From Desulfurococcaceae archaeon (GTDB lineage: Archaea; Thermoproteota; Thermoprotei_A; Sulfolobales; Desulfurococcaceae): DNA of 64,000 nucleotides. Below, piece by piece: positions 18,474-27,244 of this stretch. Each line of letters starts with the position of its first letter. The first letter of the stretch is position 1. Under the pieces are notes generated by a model. That model ran no database searches and was not told where the DNA came from. It was given only the letters and a program-made list of their open reading frames with translations. The position numbers and the translations under genes were made by a program. Location: contig JAWBAI010000001.1 of NCBI GenBank assembly GCA_038816475.1, positions 128,001 to 192,000 of the forward strand. The letters run 5' to 3'.

Positions 18474-19387
18474 GTCTTGCTCACCAGTGAGAGAATATCC
18501 TCGATGGGTGTAACCTGCGGTGGGTACGAGCCGTAGATTAGTCTAAGGAGAATCGGAACAGCCTGCGGTGCATAGAGGCCATACTCTGTTATTATAGCAT
18601 CAACGTACTCTGGTGGTGTTACATCATATATTGGGACACGAGCTTTGTAGCCGCTTGGCAATTTCGCGATATCCTCCGAACTTACTAAAGCTGAGAAGTC
18701 CTTCTCGGGAACCCGTAGAAGCTCGCCGTGTACAGTTTCATAACTTAGCTTGAACGAAGGTGCAATCACAAAAATCCTTTTTCTGGCTTCCTTTGCTACA
18801 AGGGATATCAAGCTTGTTCCAACCTTTGATACTACAGCACCGTTTGATGCTATGGCCTCAGCCCCAACGAAGACCTTGTCAATGTCTTTCATGAAGAACC
18901 TTGCGGCGGAATCCACTATTAGGTGAACACTATAACCAAGATTTTCCGCGTACTCTGCCATGAGTAGTCCCTCGTTTCCGGGTCTGGACTCCGTTACGTA
19001 GAGAACAACCTCTTTCCCCTGGTCATGCAGAGTCTTTAGTAGTCTTCTAACAGCTAGGCTATTGCTGTTGGTTAACACCTTCTCTCCGCTTAAAACTCTC
19101 CTAGAGGCCATTTCAGCGGCTCTCCACAGCGAATGATCGTACCTGCTTCTCAAATCAGCTACGAAACCGCTAATGCCGTTGAACCCGTGTTCAATGTAGC
19201 GCAGAAGTACAGCTCTAAGTATGTTTATAGCACTCATACATGCTGGTCTCTCAGTTAGTACTTCCCTGGTAAGCTCTATGAGTTTACTTCGAAAGAGCTC
19301 TTCGTCTCCCTTGAGTGCGTATTCATGTAGCTCATTAAGGATGGAGAACGCTAGCTCCGAACCTGTAAGTCTAAAACGAGTGGTCAT
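18470..19387 (-). CDS. eIF2B alpha/beta/delta-family paralogue
   Basis: ERP, ESRPGNEG, VDSAA, VGAE, SKVGT, YDVTP; catalytic positions altered (TNSNS, GAE). Confidence 0.85.
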   Translation of the reverse strand: MTTRFRLTGSELAFSILNELHEYALKGDEELFRSKLIELTREVLTERPACMSAINILRAVLLRYIEHGFNGISGFVADLRSRYDHSLWRAAEMASRRVLSGEKVLTNSNSLAVRRLLKTLHDQGKEVVLYVTESRPGNEGLLMAEYAENLGYSVHLIVDSAARFFMKDIDKVFVGAEAIASNGAVVSKVGTSLISLVAKEARKRIFVIAPSFKLSYETVHGELLRVPEKDFSALVSSEDIAKLPSGYKARVPIYDVTPPEYVDAIITEYGLYAPQAVPILLRLIYGSYPPQVTPIEDILSLVSKT

Positions 19388-19496
19388 GCACCCCCCATTT
19401 AACCACTGCTTTATTATTACTTCTCTAACTGAACTCAGGGGTTTATATATACCTTCTCAGCAATTTCTGTTTCTGACAATAGTGAGAGGTGAACAC

Positions 19497-20963
19497 ATGT
19501 ACTTCGAGAGAAACCGCATACTTGTAATTGCACTTGTGGTTTTAGTGCTAGTCGCCACCTTAAGAACAGAAGCTCTACAGGGGGAGGATGAACCAAGCAG
19601 TATCTTCTTCGTTTATGCTCCATATGCTAATTTAACAGCGATCGCCGATAGACTTAAAAACTACAACGTATCAAGCGAAGTGCTGACAGCACTACCAGAT
19701 ATACCCGAACCAGATTACTTTATACTATGGGTGTTAACCGGTCACAGACCTCCCGAGAAAGCAACGATGCTTGATCCTCAGGACGAGCTCATTGAAAGAA
19801 CCATTAACGTATGGTACAATGCCGCACTGGTCGATATTCCACTAGCAGATCCCACGAGGCATAACTACTCCCTAAATCCTTTATTCAGAATCACGCTACA
19901 TTTACCACCACAAGTACTAACAGTACCTATAAATGGCTCAGATTACTGGGAGCTATTGAATACTACAATTACCACAACACTGAGCGACGTGAAACTCGAA
20001 GTAAAACTGGATAACTACGGAGTTACCTTAGTTTCTCTAAACATAACTACAATACGCGAACTGGGACCAAGACCCATTAAAATCAATGTATCAGACGAAG
20101 AATCCTACGATTACTACATATCGTTCTATCTGCTAGAGGTCAACGGAGATTATCTAAAGTTGTTCTTTCCAGGTGCTCTTAGCACCTCAGGATATATGTC
20201 ACAAGCTGTAAAGCCCATCGAAGGATTGAACATACACTGGTATGTTCCACTGGTTAAGTATAGGGACATTTTAACCAACCTTACAGCGGATGCAAAAACC
20301 TGGTGGATAACAAGGTCTATGGACTACTCGAGTAGAATCGTGATGAGAGCTGTATCAGATATCAACGTACCAGTATACCACATATACTTGCCTCATTTAG
20401 CTCTTGCAAGAACGCTTGAACTCGATGATGAAACTATGAATAACGTTGTTAGTAGGTTTGAAGACCTGGTGGTTGACGTGGTTTATCAATTTATCCTCTT
20501 AGAGAAAAAGCATTCGGTTGTAGTTGTTATTGGATACGCTGAGAAGGAAAACGTACTAGTAGCAGGTGCAATAGAGGGTTTTGAAGAGATTGGAGTAGAG
20601 TTAACCATGACGATGTTAGCTGGCATGATACTCTCGTACTCAGCGGCATCTCCGTTCCCCAACGCAAGGCTTTTGAGTGTAGCTGATAGAGCTAGGAACC
20701 TGGAAACAGAGCTTAGCGATGTTAAAACCAGGTTGTTTTCCATAGAATTCGAGCTCAACGATACAAGAAAGCAACTAAGAACTTGTGAAGGTGATCTTAA
20801 CTTAGCTCAATCAAGGTTGGCGAATTTAAACGAGCTGGAGAGTAAAGCGAGAGAGATCTACAATACCGCATTATTCTACCTATCAACCGGGCTGATTGCA
20901 ACAATCGTAGTCAGCTGTTCGCTCGGTTACCTAGCGTACAAGGTAGCATCTAAGAAAAAGTAA
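19497..20963 (+). CDS. Surface-exposed protein: signal peptide, coiled-coil stalk, C-terminal TM anchor
   Basis: GAGGTGA RBS then ATG 19497; hydrophobic N-terminus; many N-x-S/T sequons; heptad region; TM followed by KKK. Confidence 0.8.
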   Translation: MYFERNRILVIALVVLVLVATLRTEALQGEDEPSSIFFVYAPYANLTAIADRLKNYNVSSEVLTALPDIPEPDYFILWVLTGHRPPEKATMLDPQDELIERTINVWYNAALVDIPLADPTRHNYSLNPLFRITLHLPPQVLTVPINGSDYWELLNTTITTTLSDVKLEVKLDNYGVTLVSLNITTIRELGPRPIKINVSDEESYDYYISFYLLEVNGDYLKLFFPGALSTSGYMSQAVKPIEGLNIHWYVPLVKYRDILTNLTADAKTWWITRSMDYSSRIVMRAVSDINVPVYHIYLPHLALARTLELDDETMNNVVSRFEDLVVDVVYQFILLEKKHSVVVVIGYAEKENVLVAGAIEGFEEIGVELTMTMLAGMILSYSAASPFPNARLLSVADRARNLETELSDVKTRLFSIEFELNDTRKQLRTCEGDLNLAQSRLANLNELESKAREIYNTALFYLSTGLIATIVVSCSLGYLAYKVASKKK

Positions 20964-21044
20964 ATGGTAGGCTCTGCATCTGCAACTCTCTACTCGTCTT
21001 ACATCTGAATTGTTCGTTATTTTGGAGGTGATTCAACTACGAGG

Positions 21045-22043
21045 ATGGGAGCAACCAAGAGAAACAGACTATTTATAGTAAGAAATCTAGCATTGGTGCT
21101 TTCTGTACTGTCAATAATTGCACTTGTACTATATGTTGTTCCTGTTCCGGAAGTAGGAGAACCTGTAACTAGTATAGCACTACCTGATAGTAGATTCGTG
21201 GAAGTAGATGGTGTATTAGTTCACTACGTAGACCATGGCGGAGGAGATGTTCTGTTCGTTCTTCTCCACGGTTTCGGAGCAAGCTTTTTCACTTGGCGCG
21301 AGTTAATACCTGAACTATCAAGGATAGGCAGAGTTGTTGCTTTCGACAGACCCGGATTCGGCTTGACAGAGCGAGTGGACCCTAGCAAATTAGGTTTTAA
21401 TCCCTATCACGTTGACGGAGCTGTTCGGTTAACGTGCAACTTCGTTAAACAAGTTCGTAGAAACGAGTCCAGATTAGTAGTTATAGGTCACTCGGCTGGA
21501 GGAGGACTAGCTCTTTTGCTCCCATTAATGTGCGATTTGAACATATCAGCTCTAGTTCTTATCGCTCCAGCGTGGAAACAGCTAAGGAAACAGTGGCATG
21601 AACACGTTCTTTACGGTACACCACTCGCTGACAAGTATGGACCATTACTAGCAAGAGCTATGGTTAACCGTCTAGAAGAGATTCTCTACAGAGCATGGTA
21701 CAACAAGTCATTGATAACCCCCAGCATCCTGGAAGGATACAAGTACCCGCTCAGAGCAAGAAACTGGGATAAAGGACTATACTGGCTGATGAAATACAGA
21801 GAATATCCCGATATAAGAGACGATTTGAGCGAGATCAAAGCCCCCGTCTTGATCATACATGGAGTCAACAATGAAATAATTCCACTAAGCAGTAGTATTG
21901 AACTATACGAGTTACTTTCTACTCACACGTTCACGGATTTGGTTATAATCAACGAATGCGGGCATCTTCCACACGAGGAAAAACCAAACTTAGTACTAGA
22001 TGTAGTAAAGAGGTTCTTGAAAAATACTATTAATAATGGTTAA
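21045..22043 (+). CDS. Membrane-anchored alpha/beta hydrolase
   Basis: N-terminal TM, LLHGFG, FDRPGFG, GHSAG nucleophile elbow, CGHLPHEEKP. Confidence 0.9.
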   Translation: MGATKRNRLFIVRNLALVLSVLSIIALVLYVVPVPEVGEPVTSIALPDSRFVEVDGVLVHYVDHGGGDVLFVLLHGFGASFFTWRELIPELSRIGRVVAFDRPGFGLTERVDPSKLGFNPYHVDGAVRLTCNFVKQVRRNESRLVVIGHSAGGGLALLLPLMCDLNISALVLIAPAWKQLRKQWHEHVLYGTPLADKYGPLLARAMVNRLEEILYRAWYNKSLITPSILEGYKYPLRARNWDKGLYWLMKYREYPDIRDDLSEIKAPVLIIHGVNNEIIPLSSSIELYELLSTHTFTDLVIINECGHLPHEEKPNLVLDVVKRFLKNTINNG

Positions 22044-22149
22044 GGGTTTGCTACCGTTTTGAGTGCTGGGTTTTGTGGGTTTTCATGGATGCTTAGAGCT
22101 CTTGACGTGATCATGTTTAGCAATGTTTATAGATCAATGAGTAGTAATT

Positions 22150-22272
22150 GCTCCCGGTGACCCTGGGTTTCCGAGACCCACAGCAGACCGTGGGGAGGGA
22201 GCTCAGGGAAACCGTGATGATCAGCCCTAGGAAAACCTAGAGCGGGAAACGGTTCCTCAAAGAGAGGCAACA
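22150..22272 (+). ncRNA. Candidate structured non-coding RNA of unknown class
   Basis: GC-rich intergenic island with long stems; TATA-like TTTATAGA at 22126-22133. Confidence 0.5.
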
Positions 22273-22294
22273 TAATCAGCCGCGTGTAGGGTGT

Positions 22295-22720
22295 TCATAG
22301 CGTGGTTCTCAAGCTTATCAAAGCAACTGATAGTGCTGAGAGCAGAAAGTTGCATGCAAAACTATTGGATCTGCACAATCCAATTTTGAATCCTCGATTG
22401 GAGAAGGGGTAGAACATGTAAACACCTTTTACAGTGAGAGCATCCAGTAGTATATGGCTTAGCCACCCTAAGACGAATGCTGAAACGTACAGCTCTATTC
22501 CACTGAACTTCGAAAATACTATAATGAGTAGTACAGCGATTATGAACGGTACGAATAAATTGTGAAGAGCTTTTCGATGCTTAAACCTTAGGTCTAGATC
22601 TGGAACTGTAGATCCTATTCCTGACAGCACCGAGAGGAGGGCGATCGCGAGGGGGTCCCGCACCGGGTATAGCCAAAGGATTAGTGCTACCGAAAAGAGG
22701 ACATGAGTACTACCTAGCAC
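22295..22720 (-). CDS. Membrane metal-dependent hydrolase (YdjM-like)
   Basis: TH, PDLD, HRKALH, SHILLDALT, FYPF with TM helices. Confidence 0.85.
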   Translation of the reverse strand: MLGSTHVLFSVALILWLYPVRDPLAIALLSVLSGIGSTVPDLDLRFKHRKALHNLFVPFIIAVLLIIVFSKFSGIELYVSAFVLGWLSHILLDALTVKGVYMFYPFSNRGFKIGLCRSNSFACNFLLSALSVALISLRTTL

Positions 22721-23441
22721 TATTGCTCACCACTTTCTTTTCCAATTCGATTACTCGGTCCTCGTAACCAACGATCACGACGTCTACCAGCAGATCCGAT
22801 GGAAACAACCCTGTTTCAACAACACCGTGCATGAACTTAAGTTCTTGGTGAGCCTTCAAGGGATTGGTGATTGGTTGCAGAGGTTTTAGGTCTACTATGT
22901 AGTTTCCGTTGTCAGTTACCAGGGGACCCAGTTTTCCACCAGAAGTTCTAACTGTAGGCTCGTAAACACCCAGCTTATTAATGTTTTTGAGAAAGTACCC
23001 AAGAGCAAAGGGAACGACTTCAACGGGTATCGGCTTCCTGTAGAGATATTCCAGTCCAGTGTACTTCGAGTAGTCTACAATGTAAATTCTCCAGTTCGAC
23101 ATGTAAGCTAGAGTTTTCTCTCTCAGCAATGCTCCACCGTGTCCTTTAACCATGTCCAGTCTAGTACTTACTTCGTCGGCTCCATCCACGTAGAGGTCCA
23201 GTGCGTCAACGCTGGTTATATCCACTGTAAGTAGATTGTGTTCGAGTTTAGCGTAAAGCGCTGTATCAATAGATGAAGCTACTAATATGTGATTTCTCAA
23301 AAACTCTGAGCATACATCCAAGAAGACCTTTACTGTGGAGCCGCTTCCAATACCTATAAAGCTCTTCTTCTCAAGCTCGCCTCTAAGTTTATCACAGAGC
23401 TTCTTTGCAGCATTGTATTTTGAGATCTCCTGAGAATTCAC
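22710..23441 (-). CDS. rpiA: Ribose-5-phosphate isomerase A
   Basis: GIGSGST, DGADEV, KGHGGALLREK, TDNGNY, GVVETGLF. Confidence 0.95.
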   Translation of the reverse strand: MNSQEISKYNAAKKLCDKLRGELEKKSFIGIGSGSTVKVFLDVCSEFLRNHILVASSIDTALYAKLEHNLLTVDITSVDALDLYVDGADEVSTRLDMVKGHGGALLREKTLAYMSNWRIYIVDYSKYTGLEYLYRKPIPVEVVPFALGYFLKNINKLGVYEPTVRTSGGKLGPLVTDNGNYIVDLKPLQPITNPLKAHQELKFMHGVVETGLFPSDLLVDVVIVGYEDRVIELEKKVVSNSAR

Positions 23442-23592
23442 CCTACCAACCCGTTAAAACCTACTGATATATGTTGCACTTTAGCTCAAAAGTAGTTTTA
23501 CTCGAGACATTCTACAAGCTGATCATTATCACCTCCACACATGTTACCAATGCTCAGGAATAATAGGCTCCGGGTTTAGAGTATATTGAAGG

Positions 23593-23652
23593 AAATGATG
23601 ATATGCACCTCAGCGGACGATTAGCCCGTGAAGAAGCTGGCCTGGACTGATG
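23593..23652 (+). ncRNA. C/D-box methylation guide sRNA
   Basis: C ATGATGA 23595-23601, D'-like CGGA 23614-23617, C' GTGAAGA 23628-23634, D CTGA 23647-23650; first guide is complementary to archaeal 16S GAGGUGCAUG. Confidence 0.8.
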
Positions 23653-23716
23653 TGTGATCGTAGAAAACCGCTACAAGGTGTAAGCTACGTAGGTTTGCTC
23701 TACTAAAAACGATTTT

Positions 23717-24565
23717 CTACCTTAGGTTTGCTTTGAAGCTCTCTATTGCATATCCCACTAGAGATGCTATTTCTATTACATTGAAGAGCTTCCCAGCCGT
23801 ATCAGCTGTAAACCTTAAGGTGTAAGCATCTATTCTCTCCATTATATCCCAGTTCTCAAGCACGTCTGCAACCAAAGATTCTCTGAAGACGAGTTCAACA
23901 CGGTACGGCTTGTTGAACTTGACTGTTCGAAGTTCCCCCTTCTTAAGCTTTTCGCAGGCTTCTCTAACACCAGCTCTAAGCATCTCTTCGACTTTGGCAA
24001 GTCCAGGGCTAATAGCAGAAAACCTTGAAACACCCTTTTTAAGAGGAACGAACACTGCCCATGGTGCATGGTCTTCTACTTCTCGTCTAAGATGATCGTC
24101 GCCTGCTAGCAACGCCACGGGAACACCGAGCTCTCCAGCGTATAGAGAGTTTATCAAGAACTCGCTGGATCTAACACCGTTCACTCTTATTTCAAAGAAT
24201 ACCCTTCCACTATAGGTATGTTCTAGGATACCGTGCCTAGTTCCAGCAGCTGCATGGTAACCTAGAAAGAATATAGCAGCGAACTGATCATCAAGCATTG
24301 ACACCATTGAGAACGGTCTTGGGTAACCTTGAATAATAGTTGCTCTACTATCCAGCTCAAGGTATTCAATGTTTGTCATCAGCCCGTGACTATCGGCTAC
24401 GTAAACCTCGCTAAAACCGTTCTTGAAGAGCTCATCCACCACGATATTCGTTAGCTTGGTCATAACCTTGGATGCTCTAGCAAACTGACTACTCCAAGGA
24501 CTCAGCATTGTACCGGAAACAACACCGGGCAAACCCTCAACATCTACTGAAACATAGGCTTTCAT
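23717..24565 (-). CDS. dppA: M55 family D-aminopeptidase (DppA-like)
   Basis: SVDVEG, ADSHG, GYHA, LEHTY. Confidence 0.9.
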   Translation of the reverse strand: MKAYVSVDVEGLPGVVSGTMLSPWSSQFARASKVMTKLTNIVVDELFKNGFSEVYVADSHGLMTNIEYLELDSRATIIQGYPRPFSMVSMLDDQFAAIFFLGYHAAAGTRHGILEHTYSGRVFFEIRVNGVRSSEFLINSLYAGELGVPVALLAGDDHLRREVEDHAPWAVFVPLKKGVSRFSAISPGLAKVEEMLRAGVREACEKLKKGELRTVKFNKPYRVELVFRESLVADVLENWDIMERIDAYTLRFTADTAGKLFNVIEIASLVGYAIESFKANLR

Positions 24566-24682
24566 TGAATGCACCAAAAGTTAATACATCAGGGTACGCA
24601 AATAAAAAGCCCAAGACACCACGGCATTTGTACGACGCGAAATCTGGCTTTGTTCGGTAAACAGCATCCTTATTCCATGTTA

Positions 24683-24697
24683 TTGCATAATATGCAG
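24683..24697. promoter_or_regulatory. Palindromic putative transcription-factor site (Lrp-like box) between divergent genes
   Basis: TTGCATAATATGCAG; perfect TGCATA-A-TATGCA dyad. Confidence 0.35.
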
Positions 24698-24762
24698 TTC
24701 AATAGAGTAAGGGTGAAAGATAAAAGCAACGCGTGCTCTACTTCATTCGGCGTGGTGATTTA

Positions 24763-25740
24763 ATGAAAGTCGTCTACATGTTTGAACCGCACAAAGCGGG
24801 TCTTGAAATACTAAAGAATCATGGAATCAATTTCGTATTCTACCCTGGCAGAGAAGCCTCTAGACCATGGCTCGAGAAAGAAATAGGTGATGCATCTGTT
24901 TTAGTCGTAGCTCCGTGGAATAAGGTGGATAAATCCTTGATAGAGCTCGGTAAAATGCTTAAGCTCATATTTGTTCACGGGTCTGGACTTGACAAGGTAG
25001 ATGTATCGGAAGCCACTCGAAGAGGGATTCTTGTAGCAAACGCTCCTGACTTCATAGCCGAAAGCGTAGCTGATCATATATTAGCCTTGATCTTAGCGCA
25101 TTACAGGAACATTGTTAGAGGAGATAAGTACATTAGGCAGAGAAAATGGACCGGCGGCACACCTTCCGACCTGGTGGGGCATGTCCTACGTGGAAAACGC
25201 GTAGGGATAATTGGGTTAGGTAGAATTGGAGCTGCTGTAGCAAGAAGACTGAAGCCCTTTGGTGCTGAAGTGTACTACTGGGATAGGAAAGTTAAACCTG
25301 AGATGGAGCACGCGCTAGAGATATCTAGACTAAACATTGATCAGTTAATCGAAACGTCTGATATCATAGTAGTGTCTGTGGCGTTAACTCCTGAAACCCA
25401 AGGGTTGATCAACAAGGAGAGGATATATAGAATTAAGAAGGGCGCTTTACTGGTTAACGCAGCTAGAGGTCAAATAATTGATGAAGAAGCATTGATCGAA
25501 AGGTTAAGGCAAGGTGAAATTTACGCTGCACTTGATGTTTTCAAGGAAGAACCTCTTTCACCCAACAGTCCTCTCATAGAACTAGAAAATGTTATTCTAA
25601 CTCCACATATAGGCGGTCTCTCCTGGGAAGCCTTAGAGGAGACCTCGAAGTTCGTTGCAGAAGCTATTGTCAAGTACATAAAGGAGGGTCAACTTCCAGC
25701 AACAGTTGTCAACAAAGAACTTGCTTCTTTCAGTTGGTAG
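24763..25740 (+). CDS. D-isomer-specific 2-hydroxyacid dehydrogenase (glyoxylate reductase-like)
   Basis: GIIGLGRIG, VNAARG, ALDVFKEEP, TPHIGG; GGTGA RBS before ATG 24763. Confidence 0.9.
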   Translation: MKVVYMFEPHKAGLEILKNHGINFVFYPGREASRPWLEKEIGDASVLVVAPWNKVDKSLIELGKMLKLIFVHGSGLDKVDVSEATRRGILVANAPDFIAESVADHILALILAHYRNIVRGDKYIRQRKWTGGTPSDLVGHVLRGKRVGIIGLGRIGAAVARRLKPFGAEVYYWDRKVKPEMEHALEISRLNIDQLIETSDIIVVSVALTPETQGLINKERIYRIKKGALLVNAARGQIIDEEALIERLRQGEIYAALDVFKEEPLSPNSPLIELENVILTPHIGGLSWEALEETSKFVAEAIVKYIKEGQLPATVVNKELASFSW

Positions 25741-25878
25741 TTAAACAATAGGATTCTATTAACACGTTAATCAACAACGTGCAACTTGTACCATGTAGAT
25801 ACCCCTTGAGTTTTTCGGAGCCTCGATTAGAGCTATCTTTTAGTAGTGTTCGATGCAAGCATACTATGAACTTTTAAG

Positions 25879-27102
25879 TCATCCTGTAGACGTCTTCTGC
25901 GGATGTGTGTTTTCAAGGAACTCTTTCATTAACTTAAATCCTTCAACTAGTTCTTCTTCCTCCATTGTTACAAATGTTATTCTCAGATGTCCTGCACCGG
26001 CTTTACCAAATATTGAACCTGGTAGTACTACAACACCTTTTGACTCTGCGAGTTTAATGGTGAATTCGAGGTCGTTTAATCCCAGCACTTCCAGGTATGG
26101 TCTTATATCTGGGAACAAGTACATACTAGCAGTAGGCTTGTGAACTCTTGCTTCAGTAAAGAGTTTCCTGAACGCTTCGTAAGCAACATCCCTTCTTCTT
26201 CTGTATATGGGTATTACTTCGCGGAGATACTTCTCCTTGAAGCCCTGTGCAAGGTAGTAGTAAGCTAACCATTGCATTGGAACAGGTGATACTATACCAA
26301 ACAACGCTTTGAGCTTAACGATCTCTGTTACTACATCTCTTGGACCGTAAATATAGCCTAGTCTACCACCTGGGATTGCTATATCCTTGCTGAAGGAGCC
26401 GCAAACAAGCATGTAGTCAAGTGAAGGTGCGTACTTCTCCATCCACACGTGCTCACCTTCGTAAACAAGATGCTTGTAGGCAACGTCGTAGACTATCCAA
26501 GCTTTCTTCTCGTAGGCCACATCTACGATGGTTTTAGCCACTTCGTCGCTTATGACTCTCGATGTTGGGTTGTCAGGGCTAGCTAGTATTATGGCTTTTG
26601 CTCTAGACCCAAGCTTCTCCTTTATGCACTCGGGATCTGGGTTAAAACCTCGCTCAAAGGTTTGCTCGCAGGTTTCAACTCTGAGTTTGGCGAGCTTAGC
26701 TTGATCCCAGTACACGCTATACGAAGGGTCTAGAAGCAGAATGGTGTCTCCTTCGTCGAGAAGAGCGTACATGGATAAGAGAAGTGCTTCAGCGCCCCCA
26801 GTTGTAATAACGATCTGATCCGGCGAGACATCTACCCCTCCGTATTTTTTGATGTCCATGCTTATGGCTTCTCTGAGTTCTGGTAATCCCTGTGTAGGCA
26901 TGTACCTGAAGTGGTCGAAAGGATTTCTTCTAACCATCTCCATGAAGTATTCTAGAGCATCCCTATCTGGAGGAAGACCGGGTTGACCAGCAGTGTAATC
27001 GTACACTCTTACGCCTCTTCTTCTGAGTTCGTGTGCTTTAGCAATGAGAATTCTGTGAGGGTTCTGAGGGATCTCCCTAACTCTTCTCGAAGCACGGTTC
27101 AT
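25879..27102 (-). CDS. PLP-dependent aminotransferase class I/II (aspartate aminotransferase-like)
   Basis: AGQP, GLPELREAI, SPDNPT, DVAY, SFSKDIAIPGGRLGY, LRITF. Confidence 0.9.
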   Translation of the reverse strand: MNRASRRVREIPQNPHRILIAKAHELRRRGVRVYDYTAGQPGLPPDRDALEYFMEMVRRNPFDHFRYMPTQGLPELREAISMDIKKYGGVDVSPDQIVITTGGAEALLLSMYALLDEGDTILLLDPSYSVYWDQAKLAKLRVETCEQTFERGFNPDPECIKEKLGSRAKAIILASPDNPTSRVISDEVAKTIVDVAYEKKAWIVYDVAYKHLVYEGEHVWMEKYAPSLDYMLVCGSFSKDIAIPGGRLGYIYGPRDVVTEIVKLKALFGIVSPVPMQWLAYYYLAQGFKEKYLREVIPIYRRRRDVAYEAFRKLFTEARVHKPTASMYLFPDIRPYLEVLGLNDLEFTIKLAESKGVVVLPGSIFGKAGAGHLRITFVTMEEEELVEGFKLMKEFLENTHPQKTSTG

Positions 27103-27244
27103 ACATACACCTTCGTAACATACATACATGTATCTTCTGGGGTGCAAATGTACTTATACATGTTTACAGTATAAATAAATCCAAGAGAAGTACGCATTGA
27201 AGCAGTTATTGTACTTTGCTTCATTGGTTTTAGAGAAAGCAATG

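Noticed and set aside
19221-19496. N-terminal extension of the 580-aa ORF
   Set aside because: It overlaps the divergent eIF2B-like gene; the GAGGTGA RBS and signal peptide point to ATG 19497. Over-extended starts were likewise trimmed for serS, mre11, lysS, the MBL hydrolase and the corrinoid protein.
22150-22272. Identification as RNase P RNA, SRP RNA, 5S rRNA, a riboswitch or a C/D sRNA
   Set aside because: It lacks the RNase P P4 motifs, the SRP helix 8 motif, 5S conserved sequences and B12/TPP consensus, and there is no D box after GTGATGA. Kept as unassigned.
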